A DNA stretch of 64,000 bases from Flaccisagitta enflata. Lineage: Eukaryota. Position numbers and translations under genes: made by a program. The notes beneath the pieces are model-generated. The model was not told where the DNA came from and did no database searches. It worked only from the letters and a program-made list of their open reading frames with translations. Shown one piece after another: positions 24,930-37,660 of this stretch; the first letter of the stretch is position 1, and each line of letters opens with the position of its first letter. The stretch spans positions 31,186,001-31,250,000 of the forward strand of contig OZ231126.1 of assembly GCA_965153355.1 (NCBI GenBank), read 5' to 3'.

Positions 24930-26221
24930 CAGGTAGCCGCCCTACTGGGCAGGAGCCGTATGCTCAAAAAGCTCAAAAATGCAGAAAAAGTAACAGCTCG
25001 CTGAAGCGTTGTTATGGTCAGCGGTTCCCAAAGCCCCATTTACCTCGTTAAGTAATGTAATGTTGAGGCAATGGGGCCTATGATTCCACACAGGGCAGTT
25101 CTTCCTTCAATTGGGGTTGGAGCCAATTTTTGGGAGGGAGATTAAGATTGAGGCTTGTGGGGTCCCAATATACTGATTTAAGGCCGGAGAGGAATGATTT
25201 GAGCCTGATTTGGAGTCTAAAAGGCCTGATTTTGGGTTAGGTCAGGGTGCAAACAAAGACAAAATTTTGTTTTCAGTCAGAATAAATTGTTATAGATTAT
25301 TATCCTAGTTGGAAAAAGTTTAGAAAAGAAAAATTTTATTCTCCTGATTTATTCAAAAATATAAAAAAATAATTACAGTATAAAAAATTTCTTTTGTTTG
25401 TTCATAAAGACCAAAGTTTTCCAATAAAACATGAAAATTTCTCACAAAAATGAGAGGAAAAGTTCAGAAAGTTGTTAGGTAAAATTATAATTCTGCTTCT
25501 GAATGCAAAATTTTGCATTTCTAAACACATGGCCCTCATCTTTTGAGTCTTTAGAGAGACGCCATGTTTTTGAAATGACAATTTTAAAATCTTTATGCAA
25601 AGTTATAATTTTACCAAAAATATATCAGATTGTAAAATAAGATTTTCCTTTAAAATTACCTTTTTTTGGACGTTTATCCCTACATTTGATGGTTACTTTG
25701 GACACAAAAATGGTTTTTAATGCAAAAAAACTCTCAACATATACTAATTATTATTTTTCATTGATAAAATATTCAAATTAACACTGTCTATAATATTGCT
25801 AAAAAAACGTGTTGACTGATTAAATTTTGCCTTCGATTGCACCCCGACTTAGGGAGGCCTTATTGGGATCTGAAAGACCTGATTTCTGATCTGACAGGTC
25901 TGATCTTTGGTCTGAGAGTCCTGATCTGGGGTCTTAGCGGCCTGATTTTGGATTGGAGGGGCTTGATTCGAGGTCTGACGGCTCTAAGAAGCCTTATTTG
26001 GGGTCTTAGAGGCCAGATTTTGGGTGAGAGGGGCCGGATTTTGGGTGTGAGGGACCTGATTTGGAGTTCAAGAGGCCTTATTTGAGGCGGGTGGGGAGGG
26101 GGACGAGAAGGAAAAAACATCAGATCGGAAAAATTGCCCTGTGTGGAATCATAGGTCATCGGCCATTCCGGGGCACCTGCCCAAAAAGGGGACCGACCAA
26201 CCGACATAGCGAGCGACTAAA
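24930..26221 (-). mobile_element. Three-tier nest: HINE-A containing HINE-B (about 24993-26187) containing a 4-bp-TSD MITE
   Basis: A-type halves at 24930-24992 and 26188-26221 match the intact copy 50643-50838. The B-type 21-bp array is split by the MITE. Confidence 0.6.
25241..25848. mobile_element. MITE with 4-bp TSD (Sola-like)
   Basis: TTAG|GTCAGGGTGCAAACAAAGACAAAATTT ... AAATTTTGCCTTCGATTGCACCCCGAC|TTAG. Confidence 0.7.
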
Positions 26222-27556
26222 GATTGGACCGGCGCTTTATGCTTTAATTACTATAATCGAAATAGGACATGATAATCAATGATTGCATAGAATAAGAGGG
26301 AAAGGGAATCCTCACTCGCTGTCTGCGACTTTGAATTGGCTTGAAATTTTCTTGAGAGTGACCGTTAAACTTGAAGCTTTTGAAAAAAGATATGAGGATA
26401 AAAGTTTCAATGAATTTATGGACCATGCAAAGGAAGCAGGTTTGATGATCACAGCATTTAGTCTGCAAGACGGGGGTAATTGTAAGGATCCAATGTAAAA
26501 GGAAACACAACATTATTTGAAAATTGATTCAAAATAGGATAAGGTAAATAGATTGTTATATTTTTGCATATAGAAAGGATTGAGCCGTTAACTGCTTAGG
26601 GAAGGGGACGTGCATTTGTTTTGTAAGTGACATAAAATCGATGATTAAGCCAATTACTACATGGTATGGAAAACCGATGATTGAGCATTTTCCTTCTATC
26701 GTGAATTAAAATAAAATCAACAAAATACCATCGTTAAAAAGCAGTATATCCGTTATTGGCTTCCGATTTTGTTCTTGAGTTATGTTCTTGAACTTTAAAA
26801 TCAAACCAAAGCCAGAAGAAGAAACCATTAGTTAGAGATAATGTGCTCACAATTCATTGCGTCATTTGACGAAAAGCATACACAGTTGTGACTGAACAGC
26901 GAACAATGTATCAAAATAGAGATGCTGTGTCGTGAGCCTAGAGTGAAAAAAAAGAACGTTTAGAAGGATAAATTAGACCGAAAAAGAAAGGCCGTAACAG
27001 TACAAAAGGCGCTTTACGACTAAAAGAATGTTACCCAAGTCAAGGACAATTATTCATTATGTAAGGATAAATAGAACGAGTACCCACGAGGTACAATTTA
27101 GCATCTAAATACAATGATGCTACTCAATCTGCTTAAAGACGGATTTTCATCAATTTTCTTGTTTACGCTTGTAATTGTATCTATTTAAATCATTTGAAAA
27201 TCATCAACTTAAATTCACTATGTATGACGCACCAGTTCTCTCACAGGAACAGCGTTTCATGAACAATTGAACATCAATGATTGACATTGTATCTATTTCA
27301 TAAATTCCCACTCGATCAATTTCACCTTTTCAAAAGAGGGTTCTTAAGGGAGATTGATATTGTTATCGGTAATCCTGATGTTTCATATACGATTCCCAAA
27401 AACAACTGTTGACGCGGTATCCTTAAAATCCTTAACACCGTTGTTGTTGATCTTATTGTCATTGCTGCTGTTATTGAATCTTTTTTTATTTTTATCAAAC
27501 ATTAACACAGGTAGAATGTTTTTGTTTTCGTTGTTGTTGTTGTTGTACTCGGCATA

Positions 27557-27710
27557 TCATCTGTGATTTCCACCAACAACGCTGGAGTATGTTGATGCGG
27601 TATCATTGTTGTTGCTGTTGTTGTTGTTTGCAGATTCCGGCCCGTAAATCTCCCGATCATTTTGGAATGGTTCGATGAAAACTGCCCTTAAACATCTTCC
27701 AAAGGAACGT
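27557..27710 (-). CDS. TPBG: TPBG-like terminal coding exon (cytoplasmic tail)
   Basis: aacaacag|A CGT TCC... is phase 2, matching the TM exon. Reads RSFGRCLRAVFIEPFQNDREIYGPESANNNNSNNNDTASTYSSVVGGNHR*, TGA at 27559-27557. Confidence 0.72.
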
Positions 27711-27712
27711 CT

Positions 27713-27752
27713 GTTGTTGTTGTTGTTGTTGTGGTTGTGGTTGTGGTTGTGG

Positions 27753-27850
<98 letters not shown>
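27713..27850. repeat. (GTT)n microsatellite directly abutting the last TPBG-like acceptor
   Basis: Direct reading; (AAC)n on the coding strand. Confidence 0.97.
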
Positions 27851-28044
27851 CAAATGGATGGGAGGAAAAAAATGTAGGAAGAGTAAATGTTTAGATTACG
27901 AAACTTATTTCTCAAAAATCTTTTTCTGAATATTCGAACATGTAAGCAGATTATTGTCCAATACTCAAAAATCATTCAAATGATAGGCTCGCGAGTAATT
28001 TGAACAAAACAAAACAAAACAGAAAAAACATTCTTTTTCTTCAC

Positions 28045-28053
<9 letters not shown>

Positions 28054-28092
<39 letters not shown>

Positions 28093-28096
28093 CGAG

Positions 28097-28148
<52 letters not shown>
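28054..28148. repeat. (GA)n microsatellite
   Basis: Direct reading. Confidence 0.97.
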
Positions 28149-28150
<2 letters not shown>

Positions 28151-28508
28151 AGACAGACAGAGAGGGAGAGAGAGAGAACGTCAGGCAGAGAGGGAAAAAG
28201 AAAGTGAGAGGAGAGGAGAGACAAAACGGAAGAGAGAGATTACAAAAAGTAGATTCAAAAGAAAAAAAACAAAACAGAAAAGCAAAAAGGAGAAAAGTTT
28301 GATTACTCCTTAATGAAAATAACTCCGTAGCAAAAAGCTTGTATTGAATAGCGTTTATTGTTATCATAAGTCTGATTATAAATTTATATAAACCTTATGG
28401 ATAGAAATTACTTGTAGATAAAAAAATGTATGCCAAATGTATCTCAAACTAACTCTGTGTATAAGTGCTTACATCATTTCGATAAAAGAAAAGGGGCATT
28501 CTATGAAG

Positions 28509-28649
28509 AACAAGGCCAGATACACGGCTACCTTAGTCGCGTGCGGGTGGGCAGGGGAGGCGAAAAAAAGCTAAGCGTCACGGACCGACCGACAGACAGA
28601 CCGACAAACGGCAGAGCGGGTTGTAGAGTCGCGTGCACGCGACTAAAAA
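28509..28649 (-). mobile_element. Short HINE family A copy
   Basis: AACAAGGCC...AGTCGCGTGC...AGTCGCGTGCACGCGACTAAAAA. Confidence 0.75.
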
Positions 28650-29120
28650 GATTCTCTTCATCGTGATAAAAGGAGCAATCCGAATCAATGAAACTTTGCA
28701 CATTTCAAACCAAGGTCTACTCCATGAACAAGAGGTTTTAAGTCGACAGCTAGTGTGTGATATCTGATGTATAAGCAAATGAATACTGAGCCCATAAAAA
28801 TCCAGTGGTAAGAAAGTGCAAGTATCTTGTTGATCGTGATTGCTCAGAAAGTAAAAGATGCTTGACTATACCTAAATTGAGGGAGAAATGAGATCATTCC
28901 ATTAGAATTCTAATCTCGTGAGAATCTCTAGACTTGTTGAGATGGTCCATTTAAATGACTAATCTTGTGGATACATTACCCTTAACATGGTGAAAATTCA
29001 AAATTACAAATCAGTATTTGGATGTCAAATTCAGAGAATGGCGTTGTGCAAAAACAACCCTCCAGAAGAAAACAAATTACAAAATTAAAAGAAAAATAGA
29101 GAAACAAACAAAAACACCCA

Positions 29121-29157
<37 letters not shown>

Positions 29158-30417
29158 AGCATCAAATTTTTTTTGAACAGAGAAACAATCAATGAAGAAT
29201 AACGACAATCCCAAGAACAACAATCCCATGGACATATTCCAACACAAGCAAAGTACAATTTAGATCATTGGAAGAAGAAACAAAAAAGCAAGAGAAACGG
29301 CATATGTTACATTGGGTGAAAAATATGAAGTGGGTGAAATGGTGAGGAGAAAATGGGAAAAAAAAATCAATGATGCATTCTATACACTATCAAATCATGA
29401 GAGAGATAATTACTGACCAGGTTCGGGTGTGTTACTTGATTAGGTAAATGAGGTATAGCAATGATGATGATAATTACAATTTACAGACAAGGTTTTGAAT
29501 CTGACCACTTAAACGTTGGAAAGAATATGTAAACGAATCATTACTCATCATTTGAACAGGTGAAAATATATGTTAGATTGTGATTATTCTTTGTAGCACC
29601 TTCCTTGGCCAAAAAATACGCCGATACTATTATTAAAGTTGTTAAATTTTGGCCAATAGATAGATGATAGTATTATCACGTGTACACAAACCTGATAACA
29701 CCTTTTGTGAGGGAATGAGTTATACATATTCTGATAGCTACCAAACCATTCCTCAAATAATTTTCTTATCTACAGGGCATTCAATCTCATTTGACACAAA
29801 AAGAACCTATATTGCGCAAAGACTACTTGACTTTCCAGTCTGATTATTTTTCTGATGAAAGCTCTATGTTTGACGTTTTTTGTATCAAAATTTCATGGGA
29901 CTGGGTATTGTAGTTTAAGAGATATCGATATTTGAAGTGATGCAGTAAATTCAATAAAAATACTGGTTTCTCGTTGATTTCAACTAGGAAGATGTATAAG
30001 ATTCAAAGTGTTTTAAACTACAGATGCTTGATAAAAGACAAATGATAGACCCTAAAGTTAGAAAAAGCTGGGTTTTATCACAGAACATTGAACTTAGGAC
30101 AATTATTATCAAAAGTTGAGCAAGAATCTTACAAAAACTTTATCAAAGGTGTTTTTTTTTCAGTAAAAAGGAAATTAGTTGAACATGATGAGATTTCAAA
30201 GGAATTTTTTTTTCAGGTACAAAAACTAAATGAAATTATCTGCCACTCTTGACCAATCCCACATCTGTAGCTCAATGCGTTTAAAAATGAGAGCAGTTTG
30301 GATAGAAAGGTGCAAACCCCAAAATCAAACAAAACCTCCAATCTCATGATGATATCTTACACTTGAAAATAGGATATCTCCTAAACTGATAGACCTAGTA
30401 CCATGAAATGTGGACAT

Positions 30418-30599
30418 AACAAGGCCGGATACACGGCCACCAGTTGCGGACGGGTGGGCAGGGGCGGAAATGCGCGTTTTCCCACTTTTCAACTCGAGCG
30501 TGACGCGACGGACCAACCAACCGACCAACCAACCAACCAACCAACCGACCGACGGACGGACAAAGCCTCTTATAGAGTTGCGTGTCCGCAACTAAAAAA
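30418..30599 (-). mobile_element. HINE family A variant (AGTTGCGGAC subTIR)
   Basis: Same architecture, with compensated subTIR changes at both ends. Confidence 0.75.
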
Positions 30600-30736
30600 C
30601 GTCATATGTAGTTCTTTTATGAGAAAAAAGAATCAAACTGTAAAGTTGATATGTTTTTGCACAGCGCACATTCTTTTCATGTCTTTGTATGTGCTTGCCT
30701 TAGAAATGTTATTCAAATTCTTGAACCATAAATGTA

Positions 30737-30973
30737 TTTTCAGTCGCGTGCTACGCGAATCTACACCCTGCTCTGTTGGTCTGTCCGTCCGTTGGTCCAT
30801 CCGTCCGTTGGTCCATCCGTCCGTCGGTCTGTCCGTTGGTCCGTCACGCTTTACTTTTTTTGGGTTTTTGCCGTTTTTGGCCTCACTGCTCCTGCCCAAA
30901 TGATCAAGTGACCTGAAATACGGCCCCTGCCCCCCCGCACGCGACTGGGGTAGCCGTGTATCCAGCCTTGTTT
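30737..30973 (+). mobile_element. HINE family A copy
   Basis: Highly similar to 22502-22702. Confidence 0.8.
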
Positions 30974-31486
30974 GCATACAGATGAGCTTCACTCGAGCGC
31001 ATGCCAAGGGACTGGGCAAATTATGCATTTAAGTAAACCTGCCTTATACCAAAATAAAGAAATAACTACAAACTTTCTCAGGGACTGCGAGTTGTATGCC
31101 CTACAGGCAGGCATGCGGTGATAGTGGGATGCGCTCTAGCGGTGCTCCACTTTATTTGATGCACTTCCTGTTGGTGGAATTGTATTTGGGTTGGGCCCGA
31201 AAAGTTCATTTAGAACAACTTCTTCTGTGGCCTTTGGTTTATCATTCCGTTGTCTTTGAGGTCTTTGAAATGATTTTTTAGCTGTGATATCTACTTGGTA
31301 AATACACTTTTCTTATTCTATCAGGATATTCAACACATTCTTAGTGTTTTTCATGCTATCTATCCTAGGCCTGAATTCAATGTGTGATCACGGACCAGTG
31401 TAATATATTCTTTTACATTCGGTTTAGTATCTATCAAAAAATGATATCCCATTATGACATCACAATATGTATGAATGGGCAATTAC

Positions 31487-31599
31487 CTGTTCAGATACAG
31501 GACGCCACATCCCATGACAATCAAAATCATGAGGATTGAGCCGAGAATTATGTGTGATGTCTCCATCCCATTAGTGGTCTTCTTCTTTGGACAACGCAA
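31487..31599 (-). CDS. TPBG: TPBG-like exon, end of LRRCT + transmembrane helix
   Basis: gagcag|TTG CGT TGT... gives LRCPKKKTTNGMETSHIILGSILMILIVMGCGVLYLN(R). TSxxxLG...VLYLNR resembles the 5T4/TPBG transmembrane segment. Donor AG|GTAATT. Confidence 0.88.
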
Positions 31600-32025
31600 C
31601 TGCTCAGGATCAAGTGACAAAATGAGAAAGACAAATAAAAAGAATGGAAAGAGAAATTATGGCGCGTGATAAGGAAATTCAAATTCTGATAACAGAAAAT
31701 GGCTGAAGAACATTTGCAGCCACATCTTGTGGGGAATTAAAACTTTAAGATCGCATCAGAAGAGGCAGTTCAAAATTTGGGACGCCTCAGAACTACAATA
31801 CACCAGATTCTCACCAACATATCTAATTTGGATAAAATGCCTGATGAATGATTTATTGCTAATTACAAAATGAATAAAAAGAGCTGTGCTTTTTTCCATG
31901 CATCCCATACTTTGGCACGCTCACTGTGATCTGAGTCTTTTAGGGTGTGGAACCATTGTGACGCAACAGGCCCGTTTGTCAGTGGTCTGGGTTCGAGTGT
32001 TGAAAGCAAAAAAAAGCAGATTTAC

Positions 32026-32134
32026 CTGGCTGTGCTCCAAACTTGCTATTCTTCTTCCTTTAAGTTCATTTGGATATCCTTGTACACAATTCCAAGACGG
32101 AAAGTCGCTGAAATCAACATCTGAATTCATATAT
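32026..32134 (-). CDS. TPBG: TPBG-like exon, LRRCT
   Basis: cacctgtcag|A TAT ATG... gives YMNSDVDFSDFPSWNCVQGYPNELKGRRIASLEHSQ (C...P..L.G..+..L). Donor CAG|GTAAAT. 109 nt, phase 2-0. Confidence 0.87.
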
Positions 32135-32899
32135 CTGACAGGTGAAGGAATGAAATAAAAAAATCTATTACAGAAGGAACCATTGTAAGAGATGTGGAGG
32201 GACCAAAGTTGTAGCACCCTTCCCTACTGCCCAGACCATTGCCTACCTTTTCCTACTCTGGGTAGTGGCTTATACCTTAGGGAAATACAAATTTTTACAT
32301 CTAGGCGATTTTTGAAATTTCATCAAGAACCTTTCCAAATCTCTAATTTTTCTCATTTCTGGGGGTTTCAAAAATGCCCAAATCTTAGCATAAGAACGTC
32401 AATTGTTGCGATTCTAGGAGGAGTCACAGAAAAAGCCTGGATGATAAAATTTGTTTTTACCCAATGTATAAACCGCTGCCCAAAGTAAATAAAAAGAAGC
32501 ATTAGTGTGGGCTGTAGGGGGGGTGCGACAATTTTTGGTCCCTTTACACCTCTTAAAATGGTTCCTTCTGTATTTACTCGTAGTGATTTGTCATCAATGA
32601 AACTTAGTACCAAAACATAAACTAAGAAATGTCTGCAAGAAATTCACCCAAGACTGAGGCCGATTATCAAAAGTCAGAGCTAGGGGCATGGCAAACAATT
32701 AACGGACCGCAATAGTCATGTGACAAAGAAGTGCTATAGATTCTCTTATGGACAATAGCATTTACTATTGTGGCGCCTACATTCAAAAATAGAGCAAAAA
32801 AAAATGAGTTCAAGACATCTATAGAAAATCCATGCATTTTTCTTTCAGATCATTTGTCCACTTTCTCTCCCCTTTTACAGTCAGTGGACAAAAAACTAT

Positions 32900-33222
32900 A
32901 GGTTAGCCCGCTAAGAAAAAATGTTTTTTTCATAGAAAAGTTCTCTATCAAAATCATGAAAATGAATAGCCCATGACAAAAATTTGACCATGGGGCTTCT
33001 ATGAAGTGTGCCCGCTCCCACCCCCATATCCTATAGGAAATGTAAAGGATTTTGGTCTGCAGGGTATTCTATCTTTTATGATGGGAAATAGAGTAAGTGG
33101 CGGGGACACTTTATAGAAGCCTCATGGCTAAATTTTGTTATAGACCATCTATTTTTATGATTTTTAATCTTCAATAAAGAACTTTTCTATGAAAAATTGT
33201 ATTTTCTTAGTGGGCTACTATA
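32900..33222. mobile_element. MITE-like inverted repeat element
   Basis: About 120-bp imperfect inverted arms (TAGCCCGCTAAGAAAA... / ...TTTTCTTAGTGGGCTA). Confidence 0.6.
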
Positions 33223-33504
33223 AGTATATATTTCATACTATTGACTTTGATCCAATATACTGCTCATGAACAAAATATTGTATGCAACAATCAGTCGCTC
33301 AAATTACAGCTGGCTGTAGCAAACAAAATCATATATGCAATTACTGGTTGTTAGAATTACAGCCGGCTGTAATGCTACATTACAGCTAGGTGTTATTTCA
33401 TCTTCTTGTTGTTGCATACAATATTTTGTTTGATATCAGTATATTAGATCAAAACCAATGGTATGATATATATACCTATTATGTTTTGTCCCCTGACTGT
33501 TTAC

Positions 33505-33585
33505 CTGACAGCCAAGAAACGCCTCAAAATGCAGTCGCATTTGAATTGATTGTTCTTCATGAAGACTTGTAGCTTGCTCTTTTGA
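33505..33585 (-). CDS. TPBG: TPBG-like exon, start of LRR C-terminal cap (LRRCT)
   Basis: ggtag|T CAA... gives QKSKLQVFMKNNQFKCDCILRRFLAV, with the NxFxCDC LRRCT motif. Donor AG|GTAAAC. 81 nt. Confidence 0.87.
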
Positions 33586-33592
33586 CTACCAT

Positions 33593-33707
<115 letters not shown>

Positions 33708-33941
33708 AGAGAAAAGAGAAGAAAAGAGAAGGGATGTTGTTGATTTGTTTTAGAATAGCATGACTTAACGATAAATATGACAGATTAGGGAACAGAATTT
33801 TTTTGTTTTAGCCATAAACCATCGTTTCTAACTCATTTCTTTAACCGTTGTCAGATGATGGGTATGTTTGTCAAATTTTGTTGTCTTTTTTTCTCGGCAA
33901 TTTCCAGGAGAATTTTTGCCCAAGTCACAACGTTGATTTAC

Positions 33942-34052
33942 CTGTTGAATGACTTATTTTGCATATCTTGGTCAGAAAGGAGGTTTTTGTAATACTGTTT
34001 TGATTGAAGACCGATGTAAAAAAGTGTGAAATTTGGGGTGGAGACTTGGTTT
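33942..34052 (-). CDS. TPBG: TPBG-like exon
   Basis: ctcttttcag|A AAC CAA... completes the LRR (LKILNLVRNQV) and reads NQVSTPNFTLFYIGLQSKQYYKNLLSDQDMQNKSFN. Donor AG|GTAAAT. 111 nt, phase 2-2. Confidence 0.82.
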
Positions 34053-34201
34053 CTGAAAAGAGAACAAGGATGAGAGATGAAAAAAAAAGACTGACACAAG
34101 CCAGACCAACGAGCAGACAGACAGACAGACCGACAGATAAAAAGACAGAAAAACATTGAATAAAACAATCTTCAGACAGACAGATAGACAGAGATGCTCA
34201 C

Positions 34202-34361
34202 CTGACGAGATTAAGAATCTTAAGTGTCTTGAGACAATTGATAGGCAGGCCATCCAAAGAAGATATCCGATTGTAAGACAAATCCAAATTTCGAATTTTG
34301 GTCATGTTGCAAAGGAAGGCATTTGATGGATACTCGTCTGCTGCTGAGCGAAGTTTGGATG
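34202..34361 (-). CDS. TPBG: TPBG-like LRR exon
   Basis: cttttatcctcag|CA TCC... gives ASKLRSAADEYPSNAFLCNMTKIRNLDLSYNRISSLDGLPINCLKTLKILNLV(R). Donor AG|GTGAGC. 160 nt, phase 1-2. Confidence 0.87.
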
Positions 34362-35102
34362 CTGAGGATAAAAGAAAAGCGAATTGACAGATTGATGAAA
34401 TGACAAAAGAGGGAAGGAAACAGTTAGGAATTGACGCAAATGGTTGGTAAGAAAGGGGATCCCTAACAAGGGCTGCGGCTTTAGATCTCGGTTCACAAAG
34501 GCATGAATAGGGACTTTGAAGCATTGTGGAAGAGAACTGCGAATTTTGATCGCAGCTTGAGGTAAGGCCTCTTGAACGTGTTCGTCGTTGGGATGCGGAA
34601 GCTGTCGAGTTTTTTGCCGCTTCAACCGCTTCCTCCTCCGCTTTCATTTTGCAATGCCAAATTGACAGTGGTCATCCGCTTACTTATCCCATGAGTCAGA
34701 GACTGAAACAGGGACTTTTTCATCAACTATCATCACTTCTCAAGACTGTAATTCAGTACAATATATCATAGAATTTGATACTCTTTAAGACTGTATTGAG
34801 ATACAATGGAAATTTGTGCCCAAACAATGGGCAAATGGACAAAGCGACGGATCAATAGCCCGAATGACCCCCATAGTATCACTTGTCAATAGTAACGCGC
34901 TATATGAGGTGGTTTTACGCGAGACATACATTCTAGATTTCTGTGTCTTTCCTCACTGTTTTATTTCCTCCTTTTATCCGGTTCATTGAACATTCCATTG
35001 GATGGTCGTCCGTTGTCATAAAAGGAAAGGCTGTGTCTTTATTTTGACCCAAAGGATTCAAAAGGTGAGAAAAATCTCAAAAAGAGAAGGCTCAATCACA
35101 GG

Positions 35103-36380
35103 AAAGGAAAGACAATGGTGGGAAAAATGAGGAGGAAAGGTGGTGACAGGAAGAGGAAGAGAAAAGAAGGGACTGCGAAAGTCGGGGGATAGTCAATAGT
35201 GAAGGGAAGATAATGGTGGGAAAAATGAGGAGGAAAGGTGGTGACAGGAAGAGGAAGAGAAAAGAAGGGACCGCGAAAGTCGAGGGATAGTCAATAGTGA
35301 AGGAAAGATAATGGTGGGAAAAATGAGGAGGAAAGGTGGTGACAGGAAGAGGAAGAGAAAAGAAAGGACTGCGAAAGTTGGGGGATAGTCAACAGTGAAG
35401 GAAAGATAATGGTGGGAAAAATGAGGAGGAAAAGTGGTGACAGGAAGAGGAAGAGAAAAGAAGGGACCGCAAAAGTCGGGGGATAGTGAAGGAAAGATAA
35501 TGGTGGGAGAAATGAGGAGGAAAGGTGGTGACAGGAAGAGGAAGAGAAAAGAAAGGACCGCGATAGTCGGGGGATAGTCAACAGTGAAGGAAAGATAATG
35601 GTGGGAAAAATGAGGAGGAAAAGTGGTGACAGGAAGAGGAAGAGAAAAGAAGGGACCGCAAAAGTCGGGGGATAGTGAAGGAAAGATAATGGTGGGAGAA
35701 ATGAGGAGGAAAGGTGGTGACAGGAAGAGTAAGAGAAAAGAAAGGACCGCGATAGTTGGGGGATAGTGAAGGAAAGATAATGGTGGGAAAAATGAGGAGG
35801 AAAGGTGGTGACAGGAAGAGGAAGAGAAAAGAAGGGACCGCGATAGTCGGGGGATAGTGAAGGAAAGATAATGGTGGGAAAAATGAGGAGGAAAGGTCGT
35901 GACAGGAAGAGGAAGAGAAAAGAAGGGACCGCGAAAGTCGGGGGATAGTCAATAGTAAAGGAAAGATAATGGTGGGAAAGATGAGGAGGAAAGGTGGTGA
36001 CAGGAAGAGGAAGAGAAAAGAAGGGACCGCGAAAGTCGGGGGATAGTCAATAGTGAAGGAAAGATAATGGTGGGAAAAATGAGGAGGAAAGGTGGTGACA
36101 GGAAGAGGAAGAGAAAAGAAGGGACTGCGAAAGTCGGGGGATAGTGGAGGAAAGATAATGGTGGGAAAAATGAGGAGGAAAGGTGGTGACAGGATGAGGA
36201 AGAGAAAAGAAGGGACCGCGAAAGTCGAGGGATAGCGGAGGAAAGATAATGGTGGGAAAAATGAGGAGGAAAGGTGGTGACAGGGAGAGGAAGAGAAAAG
36301 AAGGGACTGCAAAAGTCGGGGGATAGTGAAGGAAAGATAATGGTGGGAAAAAGGAAGAGGAAGAGAAAAGAAGGGACTGA
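35103..36380. repeat. Purine-rich minisatellite, about 14 units of 91 or 98 bp
   Basis: Unit starts at 35103, 35201, 35299, 35397, 35488, 35586, 35677, 35768, 35859, 35957, 36055, 36146, 36237, 36328. The length difference is a CAATAGT/CAACAGT insert. Confidence 0.95.
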
Positions 36381-36559
36381 GAAAGGAGGAGGAAAAATGG
36401 AATGGAACGGAATTGACAGAAAAAGGGCAGAGGGACTACGAGAGGAAGGAGGCTAGAAAGGAGGAAAGGTACAGAAAAAAGGAGGAAGGTGAAGGTGAAA
36501 TGGAAAGGTGAAAAGGAAGAAGACTAAGAAGAAGAAAAAAATGTTGAAGTGGATGAAGT

Positions 36560-37660
<1,101 letters not shown>

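Noticed and set aside
26283..26498. 71-aa + strand ORF
   Set aside because: Starts at TTG right after a stop, has no recognisable domain and no splice support.
27557..27559. Non-standard genetic code (TGA as sense), suggested by open frames after TGA here and near 55168
   Set aside because: None of the reconstructed internal exons contains an in-frame TGA, and Trp is encoded by TGG.
31965..32002. B-box-like GGTTCGAGT (tRNA or SINE)
   Set aside because: No cloverleaf and no convincing A-box.
34362..34647. 5' extension of ORF 34198-34647 as coding
   Set aside because: A strong phase-1 acceptor lies at 34362, and the upstream part includes a repeat-like GGAAGCGG...GCTTCCGC hairpin.
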